From Ministeria vibrans ATCC 50519 (Eukaryota > Protista > Filasterea), in assembly GCA_943704425.1 (NCBI GenBank), contig CALSCP010001071.1, positions 1-52,500 of the forward strand: a DNA stretch of 52,500 nucleotides. Reading direction: 5' to 3'. Made by a program: the position numbers and the translations under genes. Position 1 is the stretch's first letter, and each line of letters opens with the position of its first letter. Shown piece after piece: positions 1 to 12,009 of the stretch. The notes beneath the pieces are model-generated. The model had not been told where the DNA came from. It ran no database searches and saw nothing but the letters and a program-made list of their open reading frames with translations.

Positions 1-82
<82 letters not shown>

Positions 83-98
83 TATTACTATTATTAAT
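1..98 (+). repeat. (TTA)n microsatellite, probably intronic
   Basis: Near-pure TTA run, upstream of a splice acceptor at 198-199. Confidence 0.95.
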
Positions 99-199
99 TT
101 TTTGGAAATGTCTTTCTCTTGCGTGGTGACTGTATCATTAATAAATGGGTTGTATTCTTCTTCTTCTAATTATTTTATTATTACCATTTCGCCATACAG

Positions 200-1114
200 G
201 CTCGCTGCGCGCGTCACCTCAAAAGCACGTGTACACCCGACCCCATGCAGCGATTGACATTTCACCGTACTCATCTTCAACGCTGGCCAACAAGACATAC
301 AGCGCGGCGACCCTTATGACCACCTACGACTCAACACATAATTCTGCTGCCGCCGCCGCCTCCTCCTCCCAGTCCGCTGCCGTTGCCGCGACCCCCGCAC
401 CGGACAAGGCCATTTGCGTGCGACCCATTCACATGTATGATCAGGCAAACGGCGAAGGAACAGAAGACATTCCTGAGGATGACCGTAAGTGAAATAATAA
501 TTTAATAATAATAATAAATTTATTATTTATTTTCTTTTTCGTTAATCGCTCTGTTTTTTTTTTTCTCTTTGCATTGGCAGCCCGCACAAATGATTCCGTG
601 ATCCAGGGCGTCTCAGGACCGTACCGTGTGTTGACGTACTTTACGGTTGAGATTGGCGGCTATCCGTCGACGCTTGCAGAGCGCTGGGACGAGCTGGATG
701 TGCGGGGGTTTCTGCTCAAGGACGATTCGTATGTGCGCACTCGCCTTGGTGAAATCATCCACATGTTCTTCGACCCCACCACGTCAAGTGTCTGGATCAA
801 AACAAATGTCTCCGCGTAAGACTATAGATATACTACACTGTAGTACCTCGACTGTGCTAAGTTATTAATGACAAAATATAATAATAATTAATTATTATTA
901 TTATTAATAATAATAATATTATTATTATTTTTGTTGTTTTTTTTTGGTTTTTTTTAGGTATCAATTGAAAACACCCGACCCATCGTATGATGATTACTTC
1001 AAAGCGTTCAAGCGAGAGATCACTGGATCGTTAGTGCAAGGCACGGATCAGGAGGCAGACTCACCGGCAGAGGAGGAGGAGCTCGAAAACGATATTGAGG
1101 AAGATTCAGACTAA
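200..1114 (+). CDS. 3' exons of a protein ending in an RFTS (DNMT1-RFD-like) domain plus acidic tail; 5' part lies outside the window
   Basis: Exons 200-484, 581-815 and 958-1114 splice in frame with GT-AG. The product PYRVLTYFTV...LDVRGFL...RLGEI...VWIKTNVSAYQLKTPDPSYDDYFKAF fits the RFTS pattern (r.Lt.F...lG.I...iWi.T..a.Y.L..P...Y..f). Confidence 0.65.
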
Positions 1115-1667
1115 GCGATAGAGAAAGAGAGAGAAAAAGAAAGAGAGAAAAGTGATAAAGAGAGAAAAAGAAAAGGAAAGAGAAAATGAATAGAGAGAAA
1201 CAATGATTATTATTATTAAAAGTATCAATGATGATCTTTTCGGCGATTGTATGAAATTGGCAAACAATTGAGATAAAAAGGTAAAGAAGCTCCAACAATA
1301 GATGAAAAATGCAATGAGAGTATTGTGCTGCTCTTTGTGTTTTGTATATAGTTTTGTTTTGACATTGAGTAGAAATTGAGTACAGCTCTCGATTCTCTAT
1401 TTATTTCCTACTAATAAGATAAATTATTGGTCATTGGCAAAAATGATTGCTGCACTTTCACCCATAAACCGACTAAGCTGATGCTCATTGTGGACTTAGC
1501 GGAGTGAGTCGCATCGCTTGCACAACAGCAAAATAAAATCCTTTTCTTTGCTGATACCAGAATACATTGGGATTATATACATATGTATGATGAGTACAGT
1601 ACAGCGGCAGAAGCCAAACGCGAGCGCAGAGCGCGGCGCAGCGGTCCCTGTCGCCTTTGCGGGGGGG

Positions 1668-2152
1668 TCAAACGAGCTTGGCAGTCTTCCTGCGCGCCTC
1701 GCCCGTTGCGCGTCTGTCGCTGTCGCTGTCGTCGCCGCTGTCGTCGTCGTCGGGTGCGCGACGACGCCTGCTCGACGCCGATGGGGTGTCTCGCGCCGTC
1801 AGCTTGTAGAACTGTTGCAGCAGCATGTTGCTGGGCACCGTCGTTAAGGCTAGGAAGGCAGACAGACGCGCCGTGCGAGTCAGTGGCGCCAGACGAAAAA
1901 AACACGTCAAAATATCGTTTCAGTTTTGGTACCTTTTTCAGGCGATTGCTCGGAAACGGTCGCCATATACACCGTCGGGCTCGCTTGATGGTGGACATGG
2001 CTGCCTGTCGAGTCATGCGCGGCACTGGCGCTCTGTAGAAAAGGAGTGTCGGACGGAACAGTCGTCGGCGTGTGGGGCGTTACCTTGCTGGCCACCTGTC
2101 CAAAGGCACCCGCCGTGAACACCGGTAGCCCTACAAAGAACTCTCGCTGCAT
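1668..2152 (-). CDS. DDA1: DET1- and DDB1-associated protein 1 homolog (3 exons)
   Basis: Spliced product MQREFFVGLPVFTAGAF...PTVYMAT...EKALTTVPSNMLLQQF resembles DDA1 FLKGLPVYN...PSVYLPT...IIVTEKTNILLRYL and is of similar small size. Confidence 0.8.
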
Positions 2153-2219
2153 GGCCAAGAGTTGGGAAAATGACTGAAAGTTCAAAGTTGAGTGAAAGTT
2201 TTGAAACACGACTGAAAAT

Positions 2220-2240
2220 TGACTCATGAGTCATGACTCA
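2220..2240. promoter_or_regulatory. Three adjacent AP-1/GCN4-type TGA(C/G)TCA sites between divergent DDA1 and Moonraker
   Basis: tgactca-tgagtca-tgactca. The last copy overlaps the predicted Moonraker ATG. Confidence 0.4.
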
Positions 2241-4744
2241 TCACTTATATACTCTTGCTGCTCAAGCCCATGTCGGTAATTTATGTCGAGTGAACTCGTA
2301 CAGGACGCGACCAACCCGCTCTCTCCTTCTTCCAGCTGCTCAGTCGAGCGCCCCAGTTGCGCTTCAATTTGAATTCGACGCCCAACCTCTACAACGTCGA
2401 AAGCGTCGCGCACGCTCCCTCGGCATTTACCTTTACCAACGATGGAGTCATCTATCGCAGCACGGTATGTGCTCTCCGTCTAACACAAAAGAAAATATTT
2501 CAAAAAATTCGTTTCATTATTGTTTTATTTTGTTTTTGCTACACAGTTGTGTGAGGAACGGACAGCCAGCGACACATCGGACGCAACGGTACGGTAGAGC
2601 TTACTCATTGATGTGCAACCGTCCCTCCTGACATGTCTTCTCTTTGGCGTTCACCCCAGTCGGTTCTGTCGGTGCAGACGCAGCTGCGAATGCGGGCGGC
2701 GCAACGGCTTGCCTCGTCCGACGTTGCGCGCGGACACAGCGGCACACGCGACGGACTGGCTGTGCACGGACACGATGGCCCTGCACGCCACAGGCCTGCT
2801 GTACATGGACACAATGACACACTCGACGGACCTACTGTACATGGACACAATGGCACACTCGACGGACCTACTGTACATGGACACAATGGCACACTCGACG
2901 GACCTACTGTACATGGACACAATGGCACACTCGACGACGACGACGACGAGGGCCATCAAGAGCCGCAGCCTCAACCGACGCCAATTGAACCTCCTCAGCA
3001 GAAGTCTCGTCAATCCAAACCACCTCGACTTCTCGGACCAAAACTGTCGCCCAAGGCAGCGGCTATTCATGATTTGCGTCTCATTCAACAGCGACTGCGC
3101 GATGAACGCCTTCCGGCACTCATTGCGGCACTACAGGGTGCAATTGACTTGTCAGCACACGGCAAGGCCAACGACGACCAGGACAGCCTGGATGACGTGC
3201 GCTCGGCCATTGCGCACGAGGCAGCGTCGGACGGGCGACGTCGTCAGCTCTTGTATGACCTGTCGGTGCGCGTGCGCGACGCACGACAGGCATGTGAGCG
3301 ACGTGGGGTGCGCGATGAGGAGCGCTCGTTGACGCGCGCCGTTCGACTGGTTGCTGCAGCGCATCGGTCAGTCGTGCGCGCACTCGAACATTGGTTGACG
3401 CACATGCACGCACTCCGGTCGCGACTGTCGTGGGGTCAACTATCGGCACTGGGCGAGTGTGTCAACACGATTCGTCACCTGTGCATGTGCTGTGCGCAAC
3501 TGCGCCTCGATCCGTCTTTGCCGTCACTCGACGAGTCCGACCCCCGCTATCTGCGCGCCCTTGCCCATCTCGAAGTTCTTCTTGAGAGCTCCGTGGTTGA
3601 TGAGCGCTTCCGTGCAGTCGTCACCGTTGTCGAGCAGCGCAGCCAACAGAAGAAGAAGATGAAACAACGACAGCAACACACACAAAAGAGTGCTCCACCT
3701 ACCAGCGTATCTCAACGGTCCACAAGAGCATCCACCAGCATACCTCAACGATCCACCGGTGAGCCTTTGCGATCCTCTAGCAGACCTCAGCGCCCGCCCG
3801 CGCGTGTGCCCCCTCCCCCATCTTTGCTGCCTTCTCGTGGCTACCTTGTTCCTTCCCGTCTCGATGCTCTCCGCCAAAACCTTCATGACATTGCCCGTCA
3901 AATGGCGCAGCGTCGTCTCCTTCAACTCAGTTGCAAAGACGATTCAGAGCGACTACCACAACGAAAAGAAGAAGAACAAGAGCCCCGCAGAGGAGAAACG
4001 GACCCTGTACCAACTCAGACGGGTGCGTCTGCTCCGCCGTCTGCTCCGACTGGGCCCGAGCACGAAATTGCTCGTCAGCTGTGGCTCGATCGCATGGAAC
4101 AAGAGCACTTACGACGTCTCGAAGAGATTGAGCGCACGGCAGCACAGACTGCGCAACGCACCGTTGCCAACGCAGCAACAGCAACCGCATCGTCCAGTGC
4201 CACCCGTGCGACACACACTCCTCTGCCTCCTCCCCTGTCGGATGAGCGGGCGCAGCGCATGCTGACACTTTTGCACGATGTTGATGCAGAGCAGGAGGAC
4301 ATTCGCGCCCGCTGGCAGCACGTCCAGTACGCCTCAAAGGTCCCAGCCGAACGCGATGCTTCCGGTGTCCTTCGCTTTACCGCCAAACAACCTCAGCAGT
4401 CTCAACCACAACTACAACCACAACGTTCTCCTGCTCCGCGCCACTCCGAGTGCCCCACTCAGCTGTACATGCCGCAGTCCATGCTCAAACGTGTTGAGCA
4501 ATACAAGGTAATTTTGAAGGTGCGCAATGCAAAAGCACACAATACGCTGATCGTTCTCTAGGATGCGTTTGACATGTACAGTCACGGACGACAGTTGCGC
4601 AAGGACGAGCACTTTGATCCGATGGAGGTGCTCGAACGCATCGGAGACGACGTGCTCTCTGCCGTGCTCATCGATGCTGCCGGCGAACTCACCACCTTCT
4701 GCTCCGAATTGGCAGATGTGGTGGTTGATCGCGAATTGATGTAA
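2233..4744 (+). CDS. KIAA0753: Moonraker/KIAA0753 (OFIP) centriolar protein homolog, multi-exon; start uncertain
   Basis: Motifs QLRFN, LLYDL...RLVAAAHRSVVRALE...IRHLCMCCAQLRLDPSLP and the C-terminal FDPMEVLERIGDDVL...ELTTFCSELADVVVDREL match recalled KIAA0753 blocks (LAAAHRGAIRALQ, FNPW...ELQDMCEDYAEAVFTSEF). Last exon is 4562-4744. Confidence 0.8.
2750..2938 (+). repeat. 36-bp coding minisatellite (GHNGTLDGPTVH), about 4 good copies plus a degenerate one
   Basis: gacggacctactgtacatggacacaatggcacactc is repeated in frame. Confidence 0.9.
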
Positions 4745-4834
4745 AGAACCGAAAATAAATAAATAATTATCAATCAACAGTATAAAATATCACTCTCCTT
4801 TTCTCTTTTGTCTTCCCTAAAACTTAATTTTTGA

Positions 4835-5755
4835 ATGTCAGACCTATTGTCAGTTATTCGCGCGGAAGAGGAATACAATGCAAGTGTTCAAAAGCTCACA
4901 CAAGGTTTAGCGGCTCTGCTTTTTGTTTTTTTGTTGTCTGAGTTGTTTTCCGATTCAACTTTGTTTCGGCGCAGTGGCCAATGGGAATGAAGAACTGCGG
5001 GAAACGCTACGCACGGCAAGCGAGCGTGTGAGCAGTGCATTGAATGAACAACAGCAGCTCATTGAACGACAGGCGAACGCTCAAGTGGACTTGGAAGCGA
5101 CGCAAGTGAGACGCGATTGTGTGTTGCGTCAGTTGGCGCGTCTTGAAGCGTCACGACGCGCCACCTGCGAGCATGAGGTATGCAATGGGCGCACACATGT
5201 ATTTGTGTACCGTCGCACTACAAGTAATGCCAATCCATAGTCTAAACGGTACCGTTGAGAAATGTGGCGCTAAAACCAACCTTGTTCGCGTTTTCCAAGT
5301 CTGTGCTGGAGCGCGAAAATCAGTCGACGACGCATCGTTTGAAGGTGACCTTTGAAGCACAAAAAGCACACGAGGCGACCTGGGAAGTGGATGCGGTGCA
5401 CGAAAAAGCAACGGAGCTTGTGATGCTGCAACTGGAAAACGAAAGTCTCACGAAACGTACACGACAGGGACGACAACCTACCGATAGCCGCTGACATGCG
5501 TGTATGTATATAATGCGCAGAATATTCAAGTGTAACACGACTTCAGAGTCAACTCAGTGCCCTCAAACAACGACACGAGCAGCTTCAAAAAGAGGTCAGA
5601 CGACAAAAGTCAGACAGGAGTCGAATATGTCTCTCTCTCTATGCCACTCACACTAATTGTAGTGCTCTGAGTCACGCGCTCGTCTTGATCACTACCGGGG
5701 GCGCCAGAAGTCGCTTTATGGCGAGCTGCGTCGTCTACAGCACGGATACAAATAA
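4835..5755 (+). CDS. Uncharacterised coiled-coil protein, multi-exon
   Basis: ATG at 4835 (MSDLLSVIRAEEEYNASVQKLTQ), several E/Q/R/L-rich exons flanked by GT-AG, TAA at 5753-5755. Internal boundaries are uncertain. Confidence 0.55.
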
Positions 5756-5774
5756 AAACTTCTTTTAATCGATG

Positions 5775-6770
5775 TTACAAGCTGTGTGTGTCGACAACAA
5801 AGCGCAGGCCAAAATGGTCGGAAGGGTGCAGCGGGCCCACTGTTGGGCGCAAACCAATAAGTTCAAAGTCACGCACAGTGACACGCTGGTCTGCGGACGA
5901 GGCAAGGTAGGCACGGTCAAAGCGACAGCGGGCCACAAAGGTAGTGCGCGCATTGGGATTGCGCGCTAGGTCCCATGTAAATTGTTGGTCTTTGGAAGCG
6001 CCCGCGGCTGTCCACACATCTACTGTGCGTGTAGGAAGTCCACCAATCTGTGTGATTTCTGCATCACGCGCGTTCGCGTCGCCAGCAAACACCGCAATGG
6101 CTTTACTGCCTGTTTTGGTGTTGTCCGTAAGACGTTCAAAGACACGCTTCAGTTGGGCCTTGCGCTGCGAAGCGGCCGCCTTGAGTGACTCAAGATGCGA
6201 CGTGTACAAGTTCAAGTGAATGCCGCGCCAGGTGAACGAGCCGCCGAGGAGGAGACGGCCCTGTTGCGACGATGCAAAGTGCTCCTCGTCAAACTCTTGG
6301 GGCAGTCCGACCGTCGAGCGTTTGGTGAACATCATGACAAAGTAGGGTGGCCAATCGTCCTGTCGCGGTATGCGAAAGTAGCCGCGCTCCTCTAGCAGTT
6401 GTGCCACAATTGGCAGTCCTTCACGCGTCATCTCCTACAAACAAACAACCATTTCGCATGGTTTGTCTTGTTTTCTCTTCACCAAGACGTCGTTGGGACA
6501 GTGTGGACGCACCTGGAGAAAAATGACATCGGGAAGGTTCGCATCAGCTTCGTCTGGGGGTGCCATGATGCGACAGGCGGAGCGGAGGCGCTCGGGGAAA
6601 CGAGAGGGAGTCTCGCAGGCAAGACCGTCGACGTTCCAACTCAACACCTTCAGCGAACCTACCACCGAGAGGGCCGCTCGTTTTCGACTGCTCTCGTGAG
6701 CATGGCTACCAGCGGCATCGTTGCAGTCGTCCTCACCGTCATTGTCAGACGAGGCGCGACGTTTGCTCAT
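5775..6770 (-). CDS. TDP2: Tyrosyl-DNA phosphodiesterase 2 (EEP family), 2 exons
   Basis: LSWNVDGL, DVIFLQ|E, TSHLES, FAGDxN, FTWD, CRFDR and PSDHFGL motifs. Confidence 0.9.
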
Positions 6771-7091
6771 GTGACGAGTTGGGATGCGACTGAGCGGGCG
6801 CAGTGTTGAGAAGCACGGGTGCGTCGCCACCACTCGTAGCAGCGAAGAGTGTAGACGAATCGTGCACGATCAGCAGGCCAACACAACTCAGAAAATAATG
6901 ATTATGATAAAAAAGAAAATCGCGTAATATTTTGTTAGTTTCACAGTTTGTTTTCTATATTTCAGAGTTGTTAATTTTACTCGTCTTTGCATTATTGTGC
7001 TTGTGCTGCTCTCTGTTTTGTATTAAATATGAATAATATTTATTAATAATAATAATAATTATTATTATATATTTTTAAGTATCTTATAATC

Positions 7092-8614
7092 TTATTGTGC
7101 GATGGGACGCGCCAGAGTGTACGAGAGCTCACCAAGCGCCTCGACGCCATTGAAAAGCGCAACTGGACGCATGGAACCGTCGTTGGCAAAGAGGAGCTGA
7201 GGTCGTTCAAGGCGAATGTAGGTCTGGGAGTCACCTTGAGACCAGTGCACGGTGTAGTGGTAGGGCTCGCGTTTGGAGAGGGACCAGGTGACGCCGTCGC
7301 GGCTGTAGAGGAGCTTGGCATTGAGTACGCCCGTGGGACACATGCCGTGGGACAAGATGTGGTAGCCACGATGATCGTACCACAGGAAGGGATCCTCAAA
7401 CTGTTGGTTCGACAGACAGTCCCAAGGGCGCTTGCTCAGCGGCTCGAGTGACAGCAACGTATACGGCCCACGCCACGAGTCAGCCCGTGCAATGCCCAGC
7501 ACCTCAGTGTGTCCGTGGCAGTAGCCAGCGGTGAATGCAAGGAGCGTTGTCCCATTGGCGTGAATAAACGGCGCCGGATTGGACCACGAGCAATTCAAAA
7601 GCTAATGCAAAGACGCAATGTTATTGTTATTATTATTAATTGAGTACACCTCTCATTTATTTTCTCTTATTATTATTATTATAATTCTTTATATTAATTG
7701 CGCATGGTATATAAAAATTAAACAAGGGTATTGTTGCAATAATTAATTGTATAAATTATGTTGCTTTGAGCTAGCAAAGAAGCAATATTTGACACAAAAC
7801 GTTTTATATTGATCAAAAATGCCATTCAAAGACATAATTCTTGTACCTTTGAGCCTTCGGTGTTGTACAGCTGTAGCTCAATTTGCGACCAGGGACCATA
7901 GAGAGAGGACGACGAGGATACCATGAGCCCACTGTTGACCGGTGCAGCGGACCGTGTTTCTCGCGTGTGGGACGTCGCTTCCGTGGTGCAGTCGACGGGT
8001 GTTGTGCTGTTGTCGCCATTGCCAATGTGGAATATGTGATACGTTCCATTATGTGCATGTACGGTTGGGTTATGGGAAAAGCGACTCACAGCCGTGTCGT
8101 GGTATTGGTAAGGGCCGTACGGAGAAGATGAGATGGCATGAATAATCTCGCTGTTAGTGCCCCAATGTTTCAGCTATGAGAAGAAGGTGAATTGTTAATG
8201 ATTCAGCTGAGCAGGAAGGAAAGGTGGCTTGGATGAATGTTTGCACTATGAGAGGTGAAGTGATAATAGCATTGGAGAGAGGCACATAGTGCGTCTCTGG
8301 TGCCCACATACCCCGCAGTGCAGCTGCATTTGCGCAGCATACAGATGGTAGCGGCCGTCGGGCCCAACAATCGGGCGGCCGCCCCACGACGCCCAGCCCT
8401 GCGGACCCGTCTGGTTGCGGTAGCCGACGACAGTGCGGTTCGTCGGCAAGAGCGCCAGTTGGCGGCAGTCGTCCGAGCCAGTCCAGGCGGCGTCGCACGC
8501 ACACACTCCGCCAACGCAATCTCCATTCAGTGCGCAATCAAAGCTTGACTTGCACTCTGCCGAGCAGTACACCAATGTTGCCAGCGAGACGAGAATGACG
8601 ATGAGATGTTTCAT
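7092..8614 (-). CDS. Secreted EGF-like + GH43-like five-bladed beta-propeller glycoside hydrolase, multi-exon
   Basis: Signal peptide, DCALNGDC..CACDAAWTG EGF module, then SWGG, HNPT, NPAP, EDPFLW and ERP motifs. Confidence 0.75.
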
Positions 8615-8735
8615 TCTAAAAAATTAAATAATAATTATTATTAATATTAAATAATTTCTCAAAATAATATTATCTCAATTTACTCATCAGTGTAATCAGT
8701 ATTTCAGTTTTTTTTTTCAGTATTCACATTCCGAT

Positions 8736-11307
8736 ATGCTTGATTTGAACTTGTTTCGCGAAGAGAAGGGAGGCGACCCCGAGTCGATCCGTGAGTCGCA
8801 GGTATGAGGAAAGTGGGGTTCTTTTTCTTTGCCGGGTTTCTCTGGACTGCCTCCTGCCTTGTCGTGGCGACACTGTCGATGGGAACTGCCTCTGCACACC
8901 GTTTCCGAGGCGCGCGCCCCGCAACACCACCCGGCTCGTCCGTCATGCGTTTCCACGCTCTTTTTTTTTTCTTCTTTTTTTTCTTCTTCTCTTTCCTCTC
9001 ACACTCTACCTCTGTTCTCTCTTGTCTCTGTGCTTTGCTGTGTGTAGCGTCGTCGTGGGCACGACGTTGGCCTGGTGGACAAAGTGATTGAGCTGGACAA
9101 AGAGTGTCGGATTTGTAAGGGACCGGCATATGATTGCTCATAGGCACACTCACTCACCGTCTGGCTCATCTCATCCCATGGCAGATCGATTTGATTTTGA
9201 GCACCTGCAGCGCATTATGTCGTTGTGCAGCAAGGCGATTGGAGCGCGCAAGAAGGTGAGCACACGCGAGGGCAGGAGGTTGGTGGTGTACTGATGCGCG
9301 AGGTTGAATTGGACAGGCGAAGGAGGCGGACGGCGATGTCGAGGAGATTAGCGACGAGGTGAAGGAGCTTGTGGCAACCAAGAAGTTTGGTGCGGATGAT
9401 GCAGTGCCGCTGTGTGTGAAGCAGCTGAAGACAGCCAAGTCGTATGCGGAGTCGTGCAGCGAGGAGGTGCGCGGAAAATTGGCGCGCCTCGAGGCTGAGA
9501 GAGATCAGGTGGTGTTGCTGATTGGAAACCTGGTACACGATTCAGTGCCGGTGAGCAACACAGAGGACGACAATCGCGTCGAACGACTTGGCGGCGAGAC
9601 ACAGGAGCGTAAGAAGTACTCGCACGTCGACCTGATTGTTATGATTGATGGGGTTGACTGCGAGCGAGGCACTGTGACTGCCGGCAACCGTGGCTACTAC
9701 CTCAAGGCAAGACAAGCACCCTTGTGTGTGATTGTTTTATAGTTAGGTGTGTAATAGTGGGGGCGATTATATTATATTATATGACGTGATATTTATGATT
9801 AATCTCATTTCAAATGCGCAAAATAAGTAGAATAAATTTTCTGGGAGTGTTTGAAAATCGCCGATTACTCTGTAGCCAGCTCATAAGACCTGGCCGGTAT
9901 TTGGTCACTGTGGTGTCAAAATGTTAATTGTGTCTGTAATAGTGATAGTGTGAGTGTGAGTGTTTGTGTGTGTGTGTCTATCTGTCTGTCTTTGTGTGTC
10001 TATCTCTCTGTCTTTGTGTGTGTCTTTGTGTGTGTCTTTGTGTGTGAATGTCGTGTGTTTTTGTGATTGCATGTGCTGAAATGAACTGTCACGCGTAGGG
10101 AGCGGGTGTGTTTCTGGAGATGGCGCTCTTCCAATTTGGCCTGCACTTTATGGTGGAGCGCAATGCGGGCTGGACGCCCTTGTACACACCCTTCTTCATG
10201 CGCAAGGACATCATGGCGGAGGTTGCGCAGCTGTCGCAGTTTGACGACGAACTATACAAGGTAGGAGGGGCACCCCTTGAGCACCTTTTAGAGGGCGCGA
10301 GCTGACACGGGTGTATAGGTGACGGGCAAACGCTCAGAAGATCCCACCGACACGAATGAGGATGTCAAGTACCTAATTGCAACGAGCGAGCAACCCATTG
10401 CGGCGTACCATCGTGACGAATGGATTGACCGCAAGGCACTCCCCATTCGTTATGTAGGTGTCAGCACCTGCTTCCGGTACCGACTCCCCTCATACCACTT
10501 CTTCTTTTCAACCTCATCAACTCACTCACCCTCATACCCCTCTTTTCAACCGCATCAACTCACTCACCCTCAAACTCCTTTTTTCAACCGCATCAACTCT
10601 CTCACCCTCATACTACTCTTTCAACCGCATCAACTCACTCACCCTCAAACTCCTTTTTTCAACCGCATCAACTCACTCACCCTCATACTCGTCTTAGTCA
10701 AGAGGTGGGTAGCCATGGACGCGACACCGGCGGCATTTTCCGCGTGCACCAGTTTGAGAAGTTGGAGCAGTTTGTGCTGACAAGCCCACACGGAGATGCG
10801 GTGGACGAGGCGGGTGCGGGAGCGTCGTCGTGGGAGTGCTTTGACGAGATGATTGGCAACGCTGAGGCCTTCTACGACGCACTCGGCATTGGCTATCGCA
10901 TTGTCAACATTGTGTCGGGCGCCATCAACCTTGCAGCGTCCAAGAAGTTCGACCTCGAGGCTTGGTTCCCAGGCTCGGGCGCCTTCCGCGAGCTCGTCTC
11001 GTGTAGCAACTGCCTCAGCTACCAGTCGCGTCGTCTCAAGGTGCGCTATGGTGTCTCAAAGCAGTCGGACAAGCCCGCCGAGTACGTGCACATGCTCAAT
11101 GGTACGCTCGCCGCCATGACCCGCGTCATTTGCTGCATCCTCGAGACCCACCAATGCGACGAGGGCATCCGTGTGCCCGAGCCCCTTCAAAAGTACATGC
11201 CTGCACAGTGGCGCACTCTCATCCCCTTTGTCAAACCCGCGCCCATCGACCTCATTAACGAGAAGAAGGCCAAAGGCAAGGGCAAGGCTTCCAACAAAAA
11301 GGAATAA
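8736..11307 (+). CDS. SARS1: Cytosolic seryl-tRNA synthetase, multi-exon
   Basis: [61 protein letters not shown] and HMLNGT motifs. Confidence 0.97.
10505..10690 (+). repeat. Intronic minisatellite of about 36-37 bp, about 5 copies
   Basis: ttttcaaccgcatcaactcactcaccctca(t/a)ac repeated inside a SerRS intron. Confidence 0.9.
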
Positions 11308-11606
11308 AATTTATTATTATACATTTACAATCGTTTCCTACATCCTTCGCCCAATCACCTTGACGAATCGGAGGGGCTGATGCCCTCAGTGTGTTCGTGT
11401 GACTGACTGAGTCAGACTGACTGGAGTCTGTTGATCTTGGCCGGTGGTTGACCTTGCAAAAGAAAGAAAGAAGAAACGTCCCTCCGTTGACTGAGTTGGA
11501 ACGGATTCCAATTTTCCTATTATATTTTTTACAATTTTTTTTTTCAACTGTTGGGTCACACTCGGCCTCCATTGAGCAGGGATGTATCGTGCGCCGGGAC
11601 GGTCGC

Positions 11607-11977
11607 ATGGGGACGACGGCAGGCGAGCAGGATCGGGCGCAGTGGGCGCATTGCCGTCCGACGGCACCGACCACCGCCTGCTGTCCGTCCTCCTGCCCAA
11701 CGGCCGACAGGTATGCCCCTCCACTGCCCTCTGCCCGCCTCTTCTCCTCTTCCTTGTCAAGTCTCCCTTTTTCACATCTGCGTGTCCTTTTTTTTTTTTT
11801 TTTTTTTTTTTTTTGTCAGCGCTGAGCCTTTGCAGTGCACTGTAGAACATGGAGATACAGTGACACATAATTTTGCGCGTGACGGACCATGTGTGGTGAA
11901 TGCGACATTGCGCGTGCGCAACACGACCCTGTATGACAAACACCAACAAAATTTTATTAGTACTGATGTCTTCCCTG

Positions 11978-12009
<32 letters not shown>

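Noticed and set aside
2750-2938. CRISPR-like 33-37 bp periodicity (also at 10505-10690 and 35655-35872)
   Set aside because: These are head-to-tail tandem repeats with no unique spacers, no cas genes and a eukaryotic context.
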